From Podarcis liolepis (lineage: Eukaryota): DNA of 64,000 nucleotides. A program made the translations under genes and the position numbers. Location: the NCBI GenBank assembly GCA_965112155.1, contig OZ218098.1. One strand, given 5' to 3'. The notes beneath the pieces are model-generated. The model had not been told where the DNA came from. It saw only the letters and a program-made list of their open reading frames with translations, and made no database searches. Positions 29,765 to 42,300 of the stretch are shown here, one piece after another; position 1 is the stretch's first letter; each line of letters starts with the position of its first letter.

Positions 29765-30787
29765 GTGGGTTTTTAATTAAATGGAAACAGAGATGCCCCC
29801 CATTGGGTGTGTATCTTTGTTAAGAGGCAGCAGTCTGTCTTCAGTAATAGCGTTCTCGGCTGAGTGGATACTGCTTGTTCCCAGTAATGGATCTCATTTT
29901 TTGCCTCTTTTCCAATGATTGCTGGAGAAGCTGGGTGGGTTGGGGAGTGTCATGAATTGGCCATTTTCTTGCTGTTGAAAATTTTCAAGCTGGGCACTTC
30001 CAGGCGATTCCTGACGCTTTCACATTCTCACAAGTGACTGCAGCTTTGCAGATGCAGGCCCTGAAGCTGTGATAGCTTGCCCTGCAGGCCTCAGCATTTT
30101 AAACTGCACTTCTGAGAGTTTATGACCAAGGTGAAGGTGCTGCCTCTCAGCAAGAGGGGCCACCAATCAATTCCAAGCACATTTGCAAGACCCCAGTTCT
30201 TGCCTTTTGCACCCTTCAAGTTTCATCGCTTGCTGAGTCAGTCACTGGCCCACACTTTGTATCAAGGATGGCTGCCTGTCTCAGGTTCCTTCAGTCATGG
30301 GGCAATGATTTTCTTGAAAAGCAAAATGATCTTGTTCTCCAGAGTTGGTTTCCTTTCTGACCTGTGTTGCCTGCCCCATCCCATCCCATCCCAGCCCCAG
30401 TCAAATGTTGAGGGGAGGATGCCTGTTAATACAGCTTCCTCCTAATGTCTGCACTTTGGAAATGGGCAGCCACGTAGCACTGAGTGTGGAGCTTGCTCGC
30501 CTTTGTGTTGTGTCCTGAGCACAAATTTTGCTACCCCTACCACCAGCCAGAAGCCCTAGCTTTCCCATTCTGGTGCAGGAGGCATGTTATATGTTTGTGT
30601 TTTTCTCTGAAGCTCTAAGCTGTCTTCCTCTCCTTTGGTGGCAACAGCGCCATAATGCTCCATGATAGGGGCCTTTTGAGGAAGGGCTGGGAGGCTGCTG
30701 ATGTCACCCAGGAAAGGCAGAGGGCTTTGAACTGTGTAGCGGTGTTTATTCTATGGCTAAATATTTAAAACAAACTGTAGTCTTTTT

Positions 30788-30793
30788 AATAAA
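30788..30793 (+). terminator. Candidate RETREG2 distal polyadenylation signal
   Basis: AATAAA in AT-rich context with T/GT-rich downstream sequence. Confidence 0.5.
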
Positions 30794-32752
30794 AAAGGTT
30801 CAAATATGTGAATTTTGGGTTAAAAGTTCTAAGTCTTCATCTTATCCAATCACCCAGAAACCCCGCCTTTCTCAATTTGAGAAACCCTCCTTTCTCAATT
30901 TCCCAGGTATCCCTGATGCACTGGGATCTGGCAGCCATTTTAAGCCTATGTCCAGATGGTTATTACCCTAGTTATGGTCTTTCCTGATAGTATTCAGTAT
31001 TCCATTGCACATGCATTGCAGCTCCACTAAGACGCCATTGTTCGCTCAAATTCGGGAAGTTATGTCCCGTGTTCAGTAACTGCTGTAGGTGAGCACCTGG
31101 CACAACCTTGAACTGAAGGCAAGATGACAGTAATGCTACACGAGCCATCATATCCTTTAGTATCTTCTCAGTTCCAGTTCTCACAACCACCCAAAGTTGT
31201 AGTAAGCACGTGCCTTGTACTATGTCAGGATCTAGGTGGGAATACACACAATTGCATACTGTACCATACAGTTTTGTTTGTTGTTGAAAACTAGTGCATT
31301 TGGAGTGAAGAATAGAACTTTGCTCTTCATGCTAATGGACACGACAGCTTGAGGTGGTTTCTTAATGCTGCTGTTCCCCTTTATTGCCTCTCATTTAACA
31401 GCTACCCTAAGGTAACTGATAAGTCTGTAAAGCCTATTAACAGCAGGTGTCATTTGAGGTTGGATAGCTGAGTAAATTAAAGGAATAGAGATACAGCTAT
31501 AACTCTCCTTAACTCATCTAACCTAAGTTCTTCCATGCAATGTGGAAACCGTTGTCAGTTCAGCTTCCTTTTCTGCTAGATTCTCAAAGCAAGATGATTA
31601 ATCCAGTTTAGCTGCTTTTGATTCTATGGGCTCTACACCTAGTGTTCCCGGAGTTCAGCCCCCATGCACAGCAAAGATGGACTTTCCAAACAAATGGTGC
31701 TAAGCTTGCAAAATTAGTTTACTACAGGTGCATTGGGTTCTTCAGCATATATGGTTTTCAGCCCATGGACTGCATTCCCTTCAGGCAGGCTTCCAAGGAC
31801 CACATGCTAGTGCTGGTGATTGTAAATTTTAACTTTGAACTGTAGGTTCTTTCTATCCTACATCCAGGCAAGCAAAGGGCATTATCACAATGCTAGGACA
31901 CATTTCAGCCCGGCAAAAACACTCAAGCAGGGCTGCTAAGAAGAGTCCTAAGGATTAGATAGTGAGGCTTGGTGGATTGCATTTTGGGCCCGAGCCTGAG
32001 TTTTCTTATCTCAGACACACTGTGTGATGCAGTAGCTCTCACAAAAGCCTGCTTTTATTTGAGTGTAAGATTATGGCTCACATATCCACATTTATGCAGA
32101 AGTAAGCCCTACAATGTTCAGCATAGCTTGTTTACAGCTGAATGTGTTTAGAATTGCAACCTTACTTTTTTCATTTGTACATTCCCCCACTAATTCCCAA
32201 CACAAATATGGAAGATAATTTTTCATGTTCAATTTTGTAACAAATGTTTCAAGTTAGGTAGATTATGTGGCAAAATGTTCATATATTTTCTGCATCTGTG
32301 TTTTTGGCATAGGGTGTAATTCAGTGTAGCACTTAGTGGTGTAGGCATGCATAAAATGAGGTCCCCAATCCTCTAGCACAAATTTTAGGGGAAGAGGGAG
32401 TCCTGTTGCATGAATGGATGCCATTCTGCACCCACAACTTATTTTTTAAGACCTCTGGGTGGGATTCAACTCTCTTCCACCAATTGCCTCTAGGCTACAT
32501 CCATATGGAGGAACATGTGAGAAAACAAACCAGGTTTTATTACAAAAGCACACTATTAAATATAAAAAAACAAGAGACCAACTGGGTCAGGGTCCTAGTC
32601 AAAGAAATACTGAAACAAATAATGCATGCAATCCATTACAGTTGATCAGAGGCTCCAGGGGGGATATTATAACTCCTATCAAAAACTGAAAATGCTTCCT
32701 GCCTTCTGACCCACAACTTAACCTGCAAAAGTCAAAGCAAAAGATGTACTAC

Positions 32753-32758
32753 TTTATT
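32753..32758 (-). terminator. Candidate STK36 polyadenylation signal
   Basis: Minus-strand AATAAA about 480 nt after the STK36 stop. Confidence 0.45.
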
Positions 32759-33237
32759 CTGGCCAGCGATGTCACTGTTCTCTTTTCTGCTTTTAAGTAG
32801 TGATGCTTGGTGACTTGTGGCTGTCCACTCTTCTTCTTCAAGGGGAAAGGAAGAAATTCTCAGAAAAAAAGAAAAAACAACTTCATGAAAGACCAGTATC
32901 CCAAGGCACTTAATGTAGAGTGCACTGAGCGAAGGTTTTTGCTACACATGAGCTACACGTCTTGTTTAGGTAGGAGAACACAGCAGCTTGGCTTTTTCCG
33001 TGGATGGTTCATAGCAAGAAAATGGTGAATGGATCTGAACAGCGGACTGTGGCACCTCTGTTCAGATGATGTAAAACAGAGTTCTACTTCCAACTACAGC
33101 TAGAAAGACTAGCACTCTCTTGACATTTTGGCATATCGAAGGCCACTCCAAGACAGTAGCTGCAATCATATTTCAGCTCCATGGTTCTCAAAATCTGGTG
33201 TTTGGAAGGAAGAGCACATTGGAACCCTCTTGAATTC

Positions 33238-33384
33238 TCAGGCACTGTGTGCAGGCTGCAGGAGGTGGATCAATTTCTTACAATGCCTTGATGATGAGGG
33301 CCGTGGGCTGCTGTAGGCACTGTTCTGAGGTTTGTTACATGAAAGTGCTTCCAACTTTTCACTTGCTCCGAGTGACACCAGCAC
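33238..33384 (-). CDS. STK36: STK36 last coding exon
   Basis: [15 protein letters not shown]...[23 protein letters not shown]. Confidence 0.92.
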   Translation of the reverse strand: MLVSLGASEKLEALSCNKPQNSAYSSPRPSSSRHCKKLIHLLQPAHSA

Positions 33385-36300
33385 CTGGAAAGGAGATTGG
33401 GACAGATATATGTTGTGCCCTGGCATAGCCTATTGTGCTAAACTATGTAGGGCATTAGCACAATTACTTAGAGAGGGCCTGTGTTTTTAATCCTGCCTCC
33501 AACATCACTTCCGCATTATCAGGACACTGTGTTGGGATTTCCATCTACTGCAAATAATGCACAGCTGATTGAGGAATATGTTATGTTGGGGATGGGACTG
33601 AAAACAAGGCCCCCTTTTGAGTAATTATGGTAACTCAATGTGAATAACACAGCAATAGGATTCTATAGAGAGCCTCATAACTCCAGTGTATCTTCAACGT
33701 CTGGTACTGAGAAAGATGTCATTCTGACAGAGCTGTTCAATAGTGGAACGAACAGACTCCCATGAGAGGTGTTGGACTTTCCTTCCTTGGAAGTTATTAA
33801 ACGGAGGTTGGATGGCCACTTGTCACATACAATCTAGTTGAGATTCCTGCATTGTAGGGGGTTGGGCTAGATGACCCTTCCAACTTTATAATTCTATGAT
33901 TCTTGGGGAACACAGTCATGTTTTCATAGAAAGGGGACTAGCAACTTAGGGTTGTATTCAGTGTACTGTCGGTGCAAGGCCTTTTGGCTGTGCAAAGTAA
34001 CTCCCCTTCCTCCCTGCATACCCTCTAAGTCTGTTACGGGGCTTCCACAGCCATCCAAAGCAAATTTGGGGAAGGTTTGAGGTGCACAAGAATCAAGGAG
34101 AGTTCCATTGCACAAATGCCAATCCTGGCACTAACAGAGCAAGTGCATTGGATACCACCCTTACACATAAAAAGTGATTATTGTAACTAGGTAAAGGAAG
34201 AATGAGATCTACTGGTGGGTGACCTAATATAAGCTCAGAGACACTTGGAACCAACAGAAAGTTATCATGGAAAAAACATCTATTCCTTAAGAATCCCGTG
34301 GTGTGATAGTTTGGAGCTCACCTATGTGCAACTGTTTTTGAAAGAATGGAACAGGTTGAGTTATACTGATAACTGCTAATTAAGATGACAAAGCAAGTCA
34401 GCTATCACACACTGACTGTGTGTAAAGTGCTTCTCTCATAGAAAGGAAGGGTCAAGAGAATACGGCAGCTAATGCAGCAATGAACTCTCAAGCGCCCCCC
34501 CCCCGAACAATAACCTACCAATGTCATTTTCCTTTTTTGCCCCAATGTACAAACCTCAATTCTTGACCAGCAAGCAAAGCTTCATTATCCTCAACAACCA
34601 CGGCAGGTAACCTTGCAATAAGGCTACCATTATGCGTTGTCAGGAATTAACTGAAGCACAATAAATCTGACTGCTGGTTTATTAGGGCCTGCCCTCAGCT
34701 GGCCGAGTCTTTTCCCTCCACAGTTGCTGAACTAATACCTGGTGGATCCTGGGCTGCTGGCCAATAGATCGAAGAGCAATGAGGGCTGCCTCTTGCACAG
34801 CTGGTTGCGAATCATGGCAGGCCACATCCAATAGACGACCAGGTACCCTGCTCTGGATCAGCAAATCTTCCAGTTCCACCGACTGGCGGCCCAAGTTGCC
34901 CAGTGCTGAAGCCGCATTACAGCGGGTCTTGGCTTGAGGATCACTCAGGAGCTGAACAACCCAAGGGACTGCTTTGCTGAGGGCTGGAGTAAGAGGGCCA
35001 GCCTGGTAGGCTGCATTGCCAACAGCAAAGCTGGCTGAGCGTCGCACATGTTCGTCCTCATCCGAAAGGCGTTCCAGCAGATGTTCCAGCAGCCCAATCT
35101 GGTCCTGCAGAACCTGAGGAAACCCCTGTCTGTGGCGCAGCAAGTTCCCCAAAAGGCTGCAAGTTTTGGCACGAACCGGGCATTCTTGGTGGCACAGCAG
35201 GTGGCTCAGTGGTTGGGAAGCAGAGTCTGAACCACATAGGAGTCTCTGTAGGAAAGGCAAGTGAGCTGGACTGGCCCGGGCTATGTGGGTGAGCAGAGAG
35301 AGCAAGTCTGCAGTAAGGGCTACTTGGTCTGATAGCAAAATGGCAGACAAGAAGGCAACAGCATGCTTTGAGGCAGCCACCCCCACCACCTGCTCAATGA
35401 CTCCCTCGTCGCTCAGCACCAAGTGGCACAGGAGACTCAATGGCAACTCTGTCTCTGAGAAGGGAAGGTGGTGAATGCAGGCCTACAAAGAAAGCAAAAG
35501 CAGAATAGTGTCTCAAAGTGTGCATACCAGTATGAAGTTGGCACCAACAAAGTTGTGTTTGTGCAAAGACTTCTGCTTATGCTATGGAACTTACTTTCCT
35601 CACCCTAGCCACAAAATCTATTTGTAGTCTTTCCACAAACTGGACAACTTTGTTGGACATAACTCTGAACCTTTATCATTTTAAAAATGTTTCCCATAAA
35701 GGGTAAAAAATCCCTTATGTCTTTATGAGACTGGCATTTCCATCCCTTCCCCAGCCTACAACCCCCTTCAAAAAAGGCATTTGGTGCCTTGTTTTATGAA
35801 AAGCAGTTTTTTGAGTGCATCCACATAAGCACAACCACCATGAATCAGGATGACAGGCATTGCTTTGTGTGGAGCAGGGCAACTGGTCTGGCTAAGGCAG
35901 AGTCTGCATCTAGTGCTTAGACAACCAACATGAGAAAAGCTTTACCTGGAGTAACCGTGCAGGGATTTCAGAGTCCCTTAGACCTGTTGTGATAAGCTCT
36001 AAAGTTTCAGGGTCCATGTCCAGAGCAAAGGGGAAACAGAACAGCTGGCAAATTTGGAGCACAACAGCTGACACCAGCTCTGGGTCACCATCCTCTTGCA
36101 TCTGCCTGGAAGAGGGAGCAAAGCCGTCATAGTGAAGTATTAACTTCCAGCTGTAAGTATATTTGGGCTGCAATAGTAAGCTCCAGATGCTTGACTGAAA
36201 CAGCCTAGTGAAACAATATCTATTAGTAACCATGCCACAATAGCAGTAAGGGGAGATTTGTTGCTCAATATGCATATTTTGCATGCAAAATGTCCCAGGT

Positions 36301-39300
36301 TCAATCCCCATATGGGGCCGAAAAAGAAGACTCCGGTCTGAAACCCTGGAGAGCCTCTTATCAAGTGTAGACAATAAATAAAAATGAGGTAGACTAATAG
36401 TCTAACTTGGTATAAGGCAACATTCTATATTCCATCTGCCCTGCCTTGGCCTTCAGTCATTACATGCTGCTTTTAAGGGATGTCTTGAACAAAAAGTTAA
36501 TTGCTCTGAGCCAAATCACTGTTTTTCATAAAAGAAGCAAATATGCTATTTTATAGATATGTTGCACCAAGCAGGACACGGGTAGCGCTGTGGTCTAAAC
36601 CACTGAGCCTAGGGCTTGCTGATCAGAAGGTTGGCGGTTCGAATCCCCGCAATGAGGTGAGCTCCCATTGCTCAGTCCCAGCTCCTGCCAACCTAGCAGT
36701 TCGAAAACACATCAAAGTGCAAGTAGATAAATAGGTACCACTCCAGCGGGAAAGTAAACGGCGTTTCTGTGCGCTGCTCTGGTTTCACCAGAAGCGGCTT
36801 AGTCATGCTGGCCACATGACCCAGAAAAACTGTCTGTGGACAAACGTCGGCTCCCTTGGCCACTATAGCGAGGTGAGCGGCGCAACCCCAGAGTCGTTCG
36901 CGACTGAACTTAACTGTCAGGGGTCCTTTAACTTTTTTGTGTTATACCAAAGCAGAAATAGGCTTAATGTGCACACCTTATTTTGACTGTAATTTTTGGA
37001 ATTAGGAATCAAATACATTGGCGAAGTTTGGAAAAGGGCAAGGAATAAGGTGTACATAGGGATGCTATAATAAGAAGCTGAAACTGAGGATAGTTTGGGA
37101 GATATGCAGAGCACAACTAGTGCCTCTTTCTAACCTAATCTAATCCAGTGGCCTGTTCAATAAAAACCTTTACGGACAAGTATAATCCTAAAAACTTCAT
37201 CTTTAATATAAAAACAAAGGTTGTTAGAAAGCCAGATTCAGCTGCATGTATCTGGAACATTCCTGAGATTGAACATAGGGACACAGAAGGTTGCATATCA
37301 TCCACTTCTGCGTCTTGGGGCAGCTTTCTTGCTGAAAATGGGAGTTGGTAAGAAGGGGAGGAGCTAGACCAAAATCAGGTTTGGGGGAGACTGTATTGCT
37401 GCGCTGTGTTTGGGCAAATGACAAGTATGTTTCTATGCAGCAGCCCCCTGCCCTCGTCCCACTCTAGCAGCATTTAGTTTACTTCCTTCTATAGCTCAGC
37501 CCCGGATTTATCACTCACGTTTGTGCCAAGTAAGTCAGGAAGTCAGGTTCAAGCAGCTTGCTCAGGGTTGCCATCATGACCCCATTGGGCTGGCCCAGCT
37601 GGAGAAGGCACTGGTGAGGCTCTCGTGTGAAGATGAAGAGGGCTAAGCTGAGGAAGAGCAAGGTTCCTACAGCAGGGAAAGCACGAGTGAGTACCCCTTA
37701 GCCACCTATTCAATGTCTCCTTGCCTTTCCCAATCGGAGAGGTGACTGCCAGAACCAGGCCTGGCACCATGGAAAGACTGTGAGCATCCTTATATACAGC
37801 CTCACCAAGACGAACCTCCTCAGACACGTAAATAGCAAGAGGAGACGCCCAAGAGGCAATTTGGGGTGGTTCTTACTAAAGGAAAGCCACTTTGTACCTT
37901 GTGGTGAGATGAGGTTCCAGTATGGCTCTGGTGCCTGCTGGCCAGCTCTCGGGGTGTCTCCTTCCATCACTGGCTCCTGAGAAGTCAAGTGGAGCACCAT
38001 GGCAAAGCGATGCCACACGATGCCCCAGAGTTCGGAGGTAGCAAACTCCCGCACTACTGCTGCATCTCCCTGACAGAAGAGGAACAAGCCCCAGAGCAGT
38101 GAGGTGGGAGCCTAAACACCCTATTCTGCATTGCAGCTCAGGGATTTGGCTCAGCGGAGACACCTTAATTCCATGGATGCTCCCTCTGTAGCCTGACAGA
38201 CCTAAACCCTTTCTGACTGGACCTCTCTTCCCACCTGTATCCAAAAAGCAGTAAGCTGGGTGTCCACTAAGATGAATTGCTGCACAAAACTCAGCTGATA
38301 TGCCCAGAAAGGGCAGGGACTTAACTGCCCTCCCCATTTTGCTAGGGAATTTAAGGTCTTCATCACCACAAACTGCAACATATATTTTCAAAGATGGAAC
38401 AGAGTCAATCCTGCAGAATCCTAAGACTCTGCTTTTGTTTTATTACATTTAAGCTATCACAATATATTTTACTTGGGTGGAAGCAAACTTCTAGTCCATA
38501 AGAGGAAAAAACAATGTGCAGGTGGCTATAGGTGAGAATTTGGCTAGAGTTTCTTCACACACACAAATATACATACACAGCAAATTGTAGATAAGAATAG
38601 TGCAATGTCCTCAACAGTAATTTTTTTAACTTTCAAATTCTATAGAAAGAACTGAGCCACCTAGCCAGAAAATATGCTTGGAAATTATCATATCTGTATA
38701 ACTATGTTAGCAAACTGGGTTGTTTAGGTCCAATTCTAGACTGTGCTGTCTTTCTCTATCTCAGTGTTACCCAACCTGGTGCCCTCCAGATGTTTGGAAC
38801 TCTGCCTCCCAGCACCCCCAGTTAAGTGGAGATTAGAAAATGGTTGGGGTGGTGGCAATTGTGGCCCAAAACATTGAGGATGCCAGCTTGGGGAAGGCCC
38901 AAAGTGGCCCTTCCAGTTGTGGATAGGGCAACCTCCAAGGAAATCCATGGACAGGACAGCACCTGGATGAGAGCCAGTTCCCTACTGCCAAGAGCTGAGG
39001 GGCTACACATGGCCTTGGCAGAATTAAGCAAGCCATTTCTTACCCTACCCCATTCTGCTTCACCTAACAGTAAATACTTTCCCTAATACCTCCTGGATCA
39101 TTTGTGTACATCCTCTTGAGCAGCCTTTGCCAACTAGGTGCCCCCAGATGTTAGACCATAACTGTCTGTTGGACCACATGCTGGCTGGGGCTGATGGGAA
39201 CTACAATCTAGCAACATCTGGAGGTCACCAGGTTGGCCAATGCTGCTCTAGAGAATGCAAGGAAGCTGCTTGGTGGGGCATGAAGTCATACCTGGCTTAA

Positions 39301-42300
39301 TAGCTGCAGCATCAAGAGCAGGAGCCCATCATAGAAGCCAGCTCCCATGGGAGGTGGCAGGCATAGCTGAAAGACACCAAGAGAAAGGACTAGACCTGAG
39401 ACAGTGACCTCAAAGTCAGCCACTATATGGCATGACAAGCATGACACAGCCAGTGGCCTATGTGTCCTGATTTGCCCCTGTCTGTCTGGAGCTGGTTTCT
39501 TACCTCCGCAGGTTCTGTGAATACAGTAGCTATAATGGCCATGGCTTCCTCTTGCCTGATCATCACAGCAGCGCCATTTTGAATGAAGTATGTCAGCAGC
39601 AATCCTGCAGCACTCTGCATAAGACAGAGAGACCCCTCTGTGTGCAGGAATGGCCAGAATGCCTTCTTTACTTGCACTGGATGCAAATCTAGTTATTAGA
39701 CTCCCCGCAGGAATGGCAATGCTGCTTTCTCCTTCATAGTCTACAGAAGTCCAATCCCGATACCTCTGGTATGACAGGGTAACAGGCAGACCATTTCTTT
39801 GCAGTCCAGGTGTATCTAGTACACATTTGTGGGAACAGTGGGATACCTCTTTTTTACAGCTTGTGAAGCTCTGTCTACAATACCTCCAACTGTGTGAGGG
39901 AAGATAACTGTTTGGTCCTTTCCTTGACCTTAGTGAGAATCCATCACTCGCCATCGGGTGCAGTGTGGAAGAGTTTCTCATGAGTACAAACCTACAGCTG
40001 GGGCTACTGACAATCAGATTACACATATGGGGTAAAAGAATCTATATAGACAGTTCTAAACTCTACCCTGGAGTAGAGATTACTCACTAGAACAGAGGTA
40101 GCTGTTGCATGGTTGAAAAGAGCCATGGCTTCCTTCAGCACTATTTCAGACCTAAACCACAACCAAAGAAATAGCAGCATTAGAAGGATGAAGCAACGGA
40201 TGCCAAGGCCCTCATCTTCAAAGCTAGCAATACTTGCCAGACACTTAAGTGTGTGCCTGGAAAAGGAACGGCAGCCGAAAACTAAGGCTGGGGCTGCACT
40301 GTGGCTCAAAAAATGTGGTTATGTTATGTAGCAGCTTCAGTGGAATCCTAAAAACCAGTAATTTCATTTTCTAAATATAAAAAAAAACTTCTTGGCAGCA
40401 TTGTTGCTCACTGCTGGGTAATTTCTGCTTCAGACTAAGAAACCATCAGTTCAGCATGGCTTACAGTCACCAGAAGTCTAGTCCTTAACACAGGTGCCAG
40501 CTCTCTCCTTATGTGTACTCTGTGTAAATAGCTGGGAGGCTATTGCTACTGGGCCCCACTTTGGGCAAGCTGCTCCTGAGTTTAGGGCAGCTACAGCAAA
40601 CATTAAAAGAGTGTAGTGGGAAGGATGTATCTGCTTACAGAGCACAGTGAAGCACCATTGTACATCTTCCTGCAAAACATCTCTTGGACTGGCACGTTTT
40701 GCGATGGGGCATATACCTCAAAACCAGGGTTGTGTCAAGCGCCTCCCCATTTTAGCACTGACTCTCCTTACTTCTTGCCAATCCACTTCTTGCCAATCCA
40801 CACAACTCAAGTTAAGTCTCTGCGAGCCCTTTCCCTTGTTCCCAAGCAGTCAAGGCAAGAATATGAACGGTGCCAAAGCAACAACACTTACTGAGGTGGG
40901 AGGATCTGTAGCTGGAGGAGCAGGAGGGAGAAGAGTCTCAGTGAGGCTTCAGCTGCCTGTACTTGTGCCACTTCAGTCAGTGGGACCTTTCAAAGAGACA
41001 AGGCTCAGTCCTGAAACACTGGCCCTATAAACCATCACCTTTCCATACCATATCCACTCCTAAGAGAAGCTACCCAATGTTCCTCTCACAGTGTTTTGCT
41101 CTAAAACCATGGTTATCTCAGTGCCCGTCCCCTGCCCATGCCAATCATGTTGGAACGCCTCTCCTGTTTCCACACCATCCTTTCCCTGATACAGTTTCCA
41201 GTTCCTTGCTCATTAACTCTCAAACCCCAGCATCACTGATAAAATGAGGATCAGGGAGCAGGTTGACGAGAAAGACCCCCTGACTGAGACCAGGGAAAGA
41301 CACTTCCAGTCAGAGTGGACAATATCAGATGGAAAAATAGTTTGACCTGGTAAGAGGCAGCTTCCTTTCTCCCCCACCCCACCTTCTTAGGGCTGAGACT
41401 TTGCATGTGCTCATGATGAGGCAGTTCTCTTTGCAGTTTCAGAATAAAAAAAATACCTTGCCTTGCAGGGCACAAATCAGGGAGCTCAGCCTTTCTGGAG
41501 TTGCTAAGCGGTGGCACAGAGTCAGACTGACATGGCAACAGGCATACAGGACCTGGGTGATGGAAATGCAAAGCAATATCAGACCACTGAGACATCATCA
41601 CTTTCTTCCCAAGTGAGGAGGGAAAAGGGAATGCATTAAGGCATGTTGCCTCCAAGGATAAGATGCCCTGGGCACCAATTCCCCGACTCCCAGAGAAGCA
41701 AAGGGAACATGGGGAGACGCGTTACCTTCATCCCATTGAGAGAAGAGGCAGAGCGCTCAATTCCTGAGAGAAGACTTGGAAGCAGGTCATTATCTTTCTC
41801 AATGAGCTTCTGGGCTACGTGCTGAGAGATCTGCAATGGAAATCCCTTGCCTTCAGTGCTAACACCATTATCAGTTTCCACCACTTGAGGGAGCAATATA
41901 GCCAACTTCTCAGAAACATAAATGCCAATAAGACTCCCACCTGCTTTTTGGCCTTATGACATGTGCTGTGCCCTCCTGGGATGCCGCAGGATGCAGCTAG
42001 GGCTGCAGTAGAGGCAACTGCCAAGTGTTCACTCCACTCTTGCACTGCCTTTGCTTCTTTGGGGAACACTGTTGGGGGTTGGGGAGCAAACAGAATACAC
42101 CAAGTAAGGTTAAATACACCAACTGGAAATGGAACAGAAATGCCACTTACAGTGATATTATCTATTATTGTCTACTTTTATTTGTCACTTTTTTGCTCAA
42201 AGTGGACCCAAAGCAACTTACAAGAATAATACAAATATTAAAACTAAAACAGAATAAAAACCTAAAAATGCATCCTCCATATAAAAGGGAGGTCTACTAC

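Noticed and set aside
33033-33067. Short hairpin in the STK36 3' UTR
   Set aside because: About 10-13 bp stem with no known motif (not SECIS or IRE); within chance expectation
39286-40026. 246-aa minus-strand ORF
   Set aside because: Only its last 25 codons before the donor are real STK36 exon 21; the rest is intron or out-of-frame exon 20
41251-41346. Possible alternative STK36 exon starting VKLFFHL after a taccag acceptor
   Set aside because: Ends in a stop and has no good donor; exon 40892-40986 fits homology and phase better
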